64,000 nt of DNA from Dendrobates tinctorius (lineage: Eukaryota), in contig NW_027361819.1 of NCBI RefSeq assembly GCF_039654945.1, forward strand, positions 6,324,001 through 6,388,000. The letters are read 5' to 3'. Shown piece after piece: positions 54,385 to 64,000 of the stretch (its first letter is position 1; each line of letters starts with the position of its first letter). The notes under the pieces were generated by a model. That model saw only the letters and a list, made by a program, of their open reading frames with translations. It was not told the DNA's origin and made no database searches. Position numbers and translations under genes: made by a program.

Positions 54385-57300
54385 TGTCACCCCCCCAGGA
54401 CTTATCTCCATCCACACGTCACCCTCCAAGGACTAATCACCATCCACACGTCACCCCCCCCCAGGACTAATCACCATCCACACGTCACCCCCCCAGGACT
54501 AATCACCATCCACACGTCACCCCCCCCCAGGACTAATCACCATCCACACGTCACCCCCCCCCAGGACTAATCACCATCCACACGTCACCCCCCCAGGACT
54601 AATCACCATCCACACGTCACCCCCCCAGGACTAATCACCATCCACACGTCACCCCCCCCAGGACTTATCACCATCCACACGTCACCCCCCCCAGGACTAA
54701 TCACCATCCACACGTCACCCCCCCCCCAGGACTAATCACCATCCACACGTCACCCCCCCCAGGACTAGTCACCATCCACACGTCACCCCCCCCAGGACTA
54801 ATCACCATCCACACGTCACCCCCCCCCAGGACTAATCACCATCCACACGTCACCCCCCCCCCCCAGGACTAATCACCATCCACACGTCACCCCCCCCAGG
54901 ACTAATCACCATCCACACGTCACCCCCCCAGGACTAATCACCATCCACACGTCACCCCCCCAGGACTAATCACCATCCACACGTCACCCCCCCAGGACTA
55001 ATCACCATCCACACGTCACCCCCCCAGGACTAATCACCATCCACACGTCACCCCCCCAGGACTAATCACCATCCACACGTCACCCCCCCCAGGACTTATC
55101 ACCATCCACACGTCACCCCCCCAGGACTAATCACCATCCACACGTCACCCCCCCCAGGACTTATCTCCATCCACACGTCACCCTCCAAGGACTAATCACC
55201 ATCCACACGTCACCCCCCCCCCCAGGACTAATCACCATCCACACGTCACCCCCCCAGGACTAATCACCATCCACACGTCACCCCCCCAGGACTAATCACC
55301 ATCCACACGTCACCCCCCCCAGGACTTATCACCATCCACACGTCACCCCCCCCAGGACTTATCACCATCCACACGTCACCCCCCCAGGACTAATCACCAT
55401 CCACACGTCACCCCCCCCAGGACTAATCATCCACACGTCACCCCCCCCAGGACTAATCACCATCCACACGTCACCCCCCCCAGGACTAATCACCATCCAC
55501 ACGTCACCCCCCCCCAGGACTAATCACCATCCACACGTCACCCCCCCAGGACTTATCACCATCCACACGTCACCCCCCCAGGACTAATCACCATCCACAC
55601 GTCACCCTCCCAGGACTAATCACCATCCACACGTCACCCCCCAGGACTAATCACCATCCACACGTCACCCTCCCAGGAATAATCACCATCCACACGTCAC
55701 CCCCCCCAGGACTAATCACCATCCACACGTCACCCCCCCCCAGGACTAATCACCATCCACACGTCACCCTCCCAGGAATAATCACCATCCACACGTCACC
55801 CCCCCAGGAATAATCACCATCCACACGTCACCCCCCCCAGGAATAATCACCATCGACACATCACCCCCTCAGGACTAATCACCGTCCACACCAGCCCCCA
55901 TGTCACCCCCCAGGACTAATCACCATCCACACGTCACCCCCCCAGGACTAATCACCATCCACACATCACCCCCCCAGGAATAATCACCATCCACACATCA
56001 CCCCCCCAGGAATAATCACCATCCACACATCACCCCCCCAGGAATAATCACCATCCACACATCACCCCCCCAGGAATAATCACCATCCACACATCACCCC
56101 CCCAGGAATAATCACCATCCACACATCACCCCCCCAGGACTAATCACTATCCACACATCACCCCCCCAGGAATAATCACCATCCACACATCACCCCCCCA
56201 GGAATAATCACCATCCACACATCACCCCCCCAGGAATAATCACCATCCACACATCACCCCCCCAGGAATAATCACCATCCACACATCACCCCCTCAGGAC
56301 TAATCACCGTCCACACCAGCCCGTCCCCCCCCAGGACTAATCACCGTCCACACCAGCCCGTCCCCCCCAGGACTAATCACCGTCCACACCAGCCCGTCAC
56401 CCGCAGGACTAGTCACCGTCCACACCAGTCCGTCACCCCCCAGGACTAATGTCCGTCCACACCAGCCCATCACCCCCCCAGGACTAATCTCCATCCATAC
56501 CAACCCGTCACCCGCAGGACTAATCACCGTCCACACCAGCCCGTCACCCCCCAGGACTAATCACCGTCCACACCAGCCCGTCAGCCCCAGGACTAATCAC
56601 CATCCACATGTCACCCCCCCAGGAATAATCACCATCGACACATCACCCCCTCAGGACTAATCACCGTCCACACCAGCCCCCATGTCACCCCCCAGGACTA
56701 ATCACCATCCACACGTCACCCTCCCAGGACTAATCACCATCCACACATCACCCCCCCAGGAATAATCACCATCCACACATCACCCCCCCAGGAATAATCA
56801 CCATCCACACATCACCCCCCCAGGACTAATCACTATCCACACATCACCCCCCCAGGACTAATCACCATCCACACATCACCCCCCCAGGAATAATCACCAT
56901 CCACACATCACCCCCCCAGGAATAATCACCATCCACACATCACCCCCCCAGGAATAATCACCATCGACACATCACCCCCTCAGGACTAATCACCGTCCAC
57001 ACCAGCCCCCATGTCACCCCCCAGGACTAATCACCATCCACACGTCACCCCCCCAGGACTAATCACCATCCACACATCACCCCCCCAGGAATAATCACCA
57101 TCCACACATCACCCCCCCAGGAATAATCACCATCCACACATCAACCCCCAGGAATAATCACCATCCACACATCACCCCCCCAGGAATAATCACCATCCAC
57201 ACATCACCCCCCCAGGAATAATCACTATCCACACATCACCCCCCCAGGAATAATCACCATCCACACATCACCCCCCCAGGAATAATCACCATCCACACAT

Positions 57301-58155
57301 CACCCCCTCAGGACTAATCACCGTCCACACCAGCCCGTCCCCCCCCAGGACTAATCACCGTCCACACCAGCCCGTCCCCCCCAGGACTAATCACCGTCCA
57401 CACCAGCCCGTCACCCGCAGGACTAGTCACCGTCCACACCAGTCCGTCACCCCCCAGGACTAATCTCCGTCCACACCAGCCCATCACCCCCCCAGGACTA
57501 ATCTCCATCCATACCAACCCGTCACCCGCAGGACTAATCACCGTCCACACCAGCCCGTCACCCCCCAGGACTAATCACCGTCCACACCAGCCCGTCAGCC
57601 CCAGGACTAATCACCGTCCACACCAGCTTGTCACCCCCCAGGACTAATCACCGTCCACACCAGCCCGTCCCCCCCCAGGACTAATCACCGTCCACACCAG
57701 CCCGTCACCCGCAGGACTAGTCACCGTCCACACCAGCCCGTCACCCCCCAGGACTAATCACCGTCCACACCAGCCCGTCAGCCCCAGGACTAATCACCGT
57801 CCACACCAGCCCGTCACCCGCAGGACTAGTCACCGTCCACACCAGCCCGTCACCCCCCAGGACTAATCACCGTCCACACCAGCCCGTCAGCCCCAGGACT
57901 AATCACCGTCCACACCAGCTCGTCACCCCCCAGGACTAATCACCGTCCACACCAGCTCGTCACCCCCCAGGACTAATCACTGTCCACAGCAGCCCATCAC
58001 CCCCCAGGACTAATCACCGTCCACACCAGCCCATCACCCCCCACGACTAATCACCGTCCACACCAGCCCGTCACCCCCCAGGACTAATCACCGTCCACAC
58101 CAGCCCGTCTCACGTCACCCCCCAGGAATACTCACCGTCCACACCAGCCCGTCAC
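54385..58155. repeat. About 31-38-bp minisatellite (over 100 copies) derived from the mfap4-like exon 3/intron 3 junction
   Basis: Units CAGGACTAATCACCGTCCACACCAGCCCGTCACCCCC near the exon and CAGGACTAATCACCATCCACACGTCACCCCCC further away. Confidence 0.95.
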
Positions 58156-58296
58156 CCGTCACGTCACAGTACACCGGGAGGGGACGCTGCGCACCTTGTG
58201 GATATATGATGTAGACTCCGCAAGAGGGTCCACGTATGTCACAAATATCCTGACAGTCTACAGGAAGCCGTCCGCCCTCAGACAGGGGTCGCAGAG
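58136..58296 (-). CDS. mfap4: MFAP4-like coding exon 3
   Basis: 161 nt, PVDCQDI..GVYIIYPQGAQRPLPVYCDVTGDGLVWT; donor ACG|GTGAGT. Confidence 0.87.
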
Positions 58297-58579
58297 CTGA
58301 GAAGGGGGTGACAGTCGCTAGTATGGCGCCAGGATCACATGTTGGGAGCACGTGGCTAACGTGTGTAGAAAACTGATCTCATGCATGAATGTGCCCCAGT
58401 ATGTGCATATATAGTGAGCATGCATAGGTGTAAATATACATAGTGAGCGTGCATAGTATATTGTAGTGAGCGTGCATGCGGTATATGGTGAGCATACACA
58501 CATAAGTGGGCAAGCAGCAGTGGCAATGACCCCGATACGGTGCAGGGTGGTCCGCGCTCACGCGCTTTTCGCCACTCAC

Positions 58580-58646
58580 CTGGTGCAGTCTTGTTCCAGC
58601 TGCAGGTGACTTGTGGAATAAGATAAAACCCAAGAAGGAGGAAGAT
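58580..58646 (-). CDS. mfap4: MFAP4-like coding exon 2 (signal peptide)
   Basis: TTCTAG| acceptor, 67 nt IFLLLGFYLIPQVTCSWNKTAP, donor G|GTGAGT; phase fits exon 3. Confidence 0.75.
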
Positions 58647-59510
58647 CTAGAAGACAAAGAGAAGACATGTACAACCATCACATGGACCCGGGGGGACAGC
58701 ACAGGTCCTGAGCCCTAATCAGGGGCCGAGAGATCGGGGGAGCAGATTGTATGGACCCCACAACAGGAAGAGGACGGGGGAATATTAGGACCTGAGACCT
58801 GCGACGTGGGAGGTGAGAACAGTGGATTCTTCGCCTTCTCTTACATAGGTGTCCCAGTTGTTATATTGGGGGTTTACCCACCGGACCACCACAAAATGTC
58901 AGGATGGAGGCCCAAGACCCCTGCTGCTTTCCACTAGCGCGCTCGTGTCTGGCCCAGAAAGTCCCACACAGCTGTGGAAGGTGTGGAAACAATGGGAGCT
59001 CCTGGTGGGAGCACAGGTAACATCCGGAGTATCCACCAGATGACCAGACGGAGGCATCATCTAACTCTGGACATTCAGTGTAACAGGAAGACTCGGCTCA
59101 TAGTAGAAGAAGATGGTGGATGATGGGGAAAATAAGAGTCAGGACAGGAGCAGCCTCCATATTGCCAGTGAAACTGGAAAGCTTCAAGACCCAAAGAGAA
59201 GAAGGGACATTCTGGAGATTGCTGGATCCTGACATTAGCCTTGTGCGCACAGTCAGGATTGTGCTCCAGGCGGTGGTCATGTGTCCACCAGCTCCTCATC
59301 CGCTTCTCTCAACAGATCATTAAGAAAAATAGGAAAAGTTAATAGTTGATACGCGAGGAATCCTGAGAGCGTGCACATGGCCTACTGTCAGGATTCAGCA
59401 CTTAAAGTGATTGCAGAAATGTAACTTAAGCCCCCAAAAACCCCTTTAATAACCTGGGAATGGAGGAGAAAATGGCTTTCTAGAAAACACGGAAAAGTGC
59501 GATCCCTTAC

Positions 59511-59516
59511 CTTCAT
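59511..59516 (-). CDS. mfap4: MFAP4-like coding exon 1 (Met-Lys only)
   Basis: ACAATGAAG|GTAAGG with TATATATA about 55 nt upstream (about 59570-59577); gives a 255-aa protein starting MK like mammalian MFAP4. Orthologue versus paralogue is unresolved. Confidence 0.65.
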
Positions 59517-59775
59517 TGTAGAGTGTCTCCAGGATTCACTGATGTGATGAGACATTGCCACATAGTGACTATATATAGACCAGAAGAAGGGCAAATACAG
59601 GAACATTGGGGACGGGACATTTGGGGAAAACCAGCCACCGTGAGGTCTTACCAGAAGACTCTCTGTCCATTGTACTCAAGAATCGCTGAGGTTGTCACAA
59701 ATATCTCAGGAACGTTCCTGTTCTCAGAAATCGTTCTCCAGCTGATTGAAGAATAGAAGACAACAACTATTCAGT

Positions 59776-60200
59776 CCATGGACGCCATCTATACCCCCCA
59801 AACCCCACTATCCATGGACGCCATCTAGACACCCCAAACCCCACCATCCATGGACGCCATCTAGACACCCCAAACCCCACCATACATGGACGCCATCTAG
59901 TCCCCCCAAACCCCACATTCCATGGACGCCATCTTGACCCCCCAAACCCCACCATCCATGGACGCCATCTAGACACCCCAAACCGCACCATCCATGGACG
60001 CCATCTAGACACCCCATACCCCACCATCCATGGACGCCATCTAGACACCCCATACCCCACCATCCATGGATGCCATCTAGACACCCCATACCCCACCATC
60101 CATGGATGCCATCTAGACCACCCAAACCCCACCATCCATGGACGCCATCTAGACACCCAAACCCCACCATCCATGGACGCCATCTAGACACCCCAAACCT
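59776..60200. repeat. 36-bp minisatellite, about 12 copies
   Basis: Unit CCATGGACGCCATCTAGACACCCCAAACCCCACCAT. Confidence 0.93.
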
Positions 60201-60601
60201 TTCAGTCCATGAACCTGGATGGATGTCTATGGGTCGCCCTCCCAGGGCTGTGGGGTACTCGGTACCGGGCCGGCAACTCAGGGGTAAGGTGTCACAGCAG
60301 CGGTGACCCGGTTCGTGGCCCTGGGCGCCCAAGTAAAAGGGGAATTGAATGACGGAATAAAGTTGAATGGTTCGTGACGCCACCCGTGGTATTCGGCAAG
60401 GGAGATGTTAAGCCGACGCTGCATGCAGATCCTCTGGGACTGATGGTATGGCGCAGCAAAGATGGTATCGCTCCCCACAGGTGAAGCTGTAGTCCCAGGG
60501 CAGTGTAGATAAGCGTTGCAGGAATGGTGCACTGTAGGCACAGGGATGTAGCGGTTCCAGGTGTGTGGCGCAGGAATGAGTGGAGGACACCAGGGCATGT
60601 A

Positions 60602-62167
60602 CAGTCATGGCCAAAAGTTTTGAGAATGACACAAATATTAATTTTTACAAAGTCTACTGCTTCATTTTTTCTAATGGCAATTTGCATATACTCCAGAATG
60701 TTATACAGAGTGATCAGCTTAACAGCAATTACTTGCAAAGTCAATATTTGCCTAGAAAATGAACTTTATCCCCCAAAACACATTTCAACATCATTGCAGC
60801 CCTGCCTTAAAAGGACCAGCTAACATCGTTTCAGTGATTGCTCCATTAACACAGGTGTGAGTGTTGATGAGGACAGGGCTGGAGATCAATCTGTCATGAT
60901 TAAGTAAGAATGACACCACTGGACACTTTAAAAGGAGGCTGGTGCTTGGCATCATTGTTTCTCTTCTGTTAACCATGGTTATCTCTAAAGAAACACATGC
61001 AGTCATCATTGCACTGCACAAAAATGGCCTAACAGGGAAGAGTATCGCAGCTAGAAAGATTGCACCGCAGTCAACAATCTTTCGCATCATCAAGAACTTC
61101 AAGGAGAGAGGTTCCCTTGTTGCCAAAAAGGCTCCAGGGCGCCCAAGAAAGACCAGCAAGCGCCAGGACGTCTCTTAAAAGTGTTTCAGCTGCGGGATCG
61201 GGCTACCAGCAGTGCAGAGCTTGCTCAGGAATGGCAGCAGGCAGGTGTGAGTGCATCTGCACGCACTGTGAGGCGGAGACTCTTGGAGCAAGGCCTGGTC
61301 TCAAGGAGGGCAGCAAAGAAGCCACTTCTCTCCAGGAAAAACATCATGGACAGACTGATATTCTGCAAGAGGTACAGGGAGTGGACTGCTGAGGACTGGG
61401 GTAAAGTCATTTTCTCTGATGAATCCCCTTTTCAATTGTTTGGGACATCTGGAAAACGGCTTATTCGGAGAAGACCAGGTGAGCTCTACCACCAGTCTTG
61501 TCTCATGCCAACTGTCAAGCATCCTGAAACCATTCATGTGTGGGGTGGCTTCTCAGCCAAGGGAATGGGCTCTCTCTCAGTCTTGCCTAAAAACACAGCC
61601 ATGAATAAAGAATGGTACCAGAATGTCCTCCAAGAGCAACTTCTCCCAACCGTCCAAGAGCAGTTTGGCGATCAACAATGCCTTTTTCAACATGATGGAG
61701 CACCTTGTCATAAAGCAAAGGTGATAACTAAATGGCTCAGGGAACAAAACATAGAGATTTTGGGACCATGGCCTGGAAACTCCCCAGATCTTAATCCCAT
61801 TGAGAACTTGTGGTCAATCATCAAGAGACGGGTGGACAAACAAAAACCTTCAAATTCAGACACAATAAAAGCATTGATTTTGCAAGAATGGACTGCTATC
61901 AGTCAGGATTTGATCCAGAAGTTGATTGAGAGCATGCCAGGGAGAATTGCTGAGGTCCTGAAGAAGAAGGGTCAACACTGCAAATATTGACTTGCTGCAT
62001 TAACTCATTCTAACTGTCAATATAACCTTTTGTTACTCATAATATGATTGCAATTATATTTCTGTATGTGATAAAAACATCTGACAAACACACATAAAAA
62101 CCAGAGGCCAGCAGATCATGTGAAAATATAATATTTGTGTCATTCTCAAAACTTTTGGCCATGACTG
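60602..62167 (+). mobile_element. Full-length Tc1/mariner DNA transposon, DD35E type
   Basis: Perfect 39-bp TIRs CAGTCATGGCCAAAAGTTTTGAGAATGACACAAATATTA, TA target duplication at both ends, 1566 bp. Confidence 0.96.
60975..61990 (+). pseudogene. Tc1 transposase with one frameshift near 61170
   Basis: MVISKETHAVII..GRPRKTS in one frame, continuing in ORF 61181..61990 with FSDES, QHDGAPCH and SPDLNPIENLW. Confidence 0.9.
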
Positions 62168-62905
62168 TAGTTCCAAAGCTTTACTCACAGTCTGCTGTAC
62201 AAACAGGTGCCCGCCTCCGTGCCATGTCCTCCGGGTCAGGGACTCAGTCAACCTCCAGGTCAGATGGAATACTCCTTTCCAACACTCCGCCAACATGTGC
62301 CTTGCTGAACGTCTCCTCTTATAGCGCCTTTAAATGAAGTACTCCTAGTACTGAGTTACACTGGAGTTCCTCCTGTCCGATGTTCTTATGAACCCTACTT
62401 GTACGGCAGACAGCTGTAGCCTGCTTCGGGGACTCCTTGCTACTAAGTCCCGGATCACTTCTCTGATGCTGTTGTGCCCCCAAGTCTTGTGTGGGAATAA
62501 AGTGGTCACTACTTCTATTCCTCCGGTGTCTGCTGCAGGACCATTAGTATCCATACAACCTTAGGGACTGGGCCCCGGCCTTGCGCTTAGAACTTCTAGG
62601 AAGGGTTCTCTTCTCACCCACGTCCTCTGTTCTCTTTTACTCCTCACGTTCCGTACTGATCTTTCTTTCTATGGAGAGTCAGGCTTTCAGTCTATGTCGC
62701 TCTCTCTCTCTTCCTTTCCTGTGCCAGCAGACCCAGATCACTGGGATCTGCTGCAGCACTTCCATCCATCTATCCCTCTCTCTGGGGATCTTCTTCTCTC
62801 ACTGCTTACTGACTGACTACTGACCAACTGACTAACTAAAATCCTAAACTCTTCCCGCTCTTTTTAATGTAAACTAAGCTCCACCCACCTCCAGCACGTT
62901 TCGTG

Positions 62906-63128
62906 TTCCAAGCAGGGAGCCACCAATGGGTGCTTTGCTATACTCCAAGCAGGGAGCCACCAATGGGTGCTTTGCTACACTCCAAGCAGGGAGCCACCAA
63001 TGGGTGCTTTGCTATACTCCAAGCAGGGAGCCACCAATGGGTGCTTTGCTACCCTCCAAGCAGGGAGCCACCAATGGGTGCTTTGCTATACTCCAAGCAG
63101 GGAGCCCCCGAAGGTGCTTTGCTACACT
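62906..63128. repeat. 37-bp minisatellite, about 6 copies
   Basis: Unit CTCCAAGCAGGGAGCCACCAATGGGTGCTTTGCTATA. Confidence 0.9.
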
Positions 63129-64000
63129 ACTCTATTGTGTGGGGTGCAGGTGTTGGAGTGTGGTCAGGAGTCTCCACCTTACCTGGATGGTGGGGCACCA
63201 CACCTCAGGAGGAGGTGCAGTACCTCTGTGGCGACTGAGCCTCAGGGACGCCACATATACCATAACAGACAACATGGTGGAGAGATTAGAAGCCTGGAGA
63301 AATGTCCACAGCGAGGACTCCTTCATCTACGGGAGGACATCCATGAAGCTTTAATAGAATAACGTTTATTCTTGGATACATTGTATCTTCTTGTTTTCCT
63401 TTATTTACAAGGAACCAGAGAGACAGAGACCCCAACAAGTAAGTGTCAGTTCAGAACTAACCTCAAATCATTTAGATTTGTATCTTCTTGTTCCTCTTTT
63501 AGATTTTCGTGTCTTTAGAATCAGATAAAAAGTCTTTGTTTTGTGAAGAAAGTCCCGTCCGTTGCCGGTTTGGAATTCTTTCCCCCCAAGACTTTAGTGA
63601 TCATCACATTATGGTTTAATCCTCCATTCTCATTAATGTCGAGCCATTCTTACATTTCTCTATGGGACGTGAACTTGTGGTCATCTGATCGCTTCCTCTA
63701 TATACTGCACTACCAGCGGTATATAGCATCAAAGGGATTGGCGACACAAAATAAGTATCAATACGTCGTCCTAGATAACACATCTGTGCAAACAGCAAGT
63801 AATATACAGTGTGTCCGTAATATCATGGTGCACTTTCGACCAGTCACAGGAAAGTATACATGTATACCACGATCCCCAGATCTGACGCCAGAAAAGGAGT
63901 GGATAACCGTGTCTAGTGAAATAAAAACGTTTATTAGCATATGATAAAAATACAAAGACATACAACTAGCCAATATGGTGGCCCACAAACCAGTAAATCA

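Noticed and set aside
60223-63254. Possible LTR-like host element surrounding the Tc1 insertion (ends ...GGGACGCCACA)
   Set aside because: No second copy, TSD or coding remnant in the window to define it.
63255-64000. Short ORFs and minus-strand AATAAA motifs, possibly the 3' UTR of a neighbouring gene
   Set aside because: No recognisable coding exon or splice structure inside the window.

Overview
Vertebrate genomic DNA, most likely a frog (inferred from the repeat families). I reconstructed four spliced genes by hand: vkorc1 (- strand, exons 1-2; exon 3 lies left of the window), mapk7/ERK5 (-, 6 coding exons, 926 aa), a RING/B-box/coiled-coil/B30.2 TRIM gene (+, 6 coding exons, 457 aa) and an MFAP4-like fibrinogen-domain gene (-, 6 coding exons, 255 aa). 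More than half of the window is minisatellite, with about 15 unrelated arrays of 17-82 bp units, the largest 12.8 kb. The very long repetitive ORFs in the track are array read-throughs, not genes. Mobile elements: a young full-length but mutated chromodomain Gypsy LTR element with a Tf1/sushi-type self-priming signature, a DD35E Tc1 transposon, a V-SINE whose tail matches an L2 in the same window, CR1 and L2 fragments, a TTAA MITE and three fold-back structures. The most striking pattern is that three intronic repeats are tandem amplifications of the exon end plus 5' splice site itself, with the copied donors kept, weakened or destroyed. All coordinates and counts were read by eye; no database searches were run.
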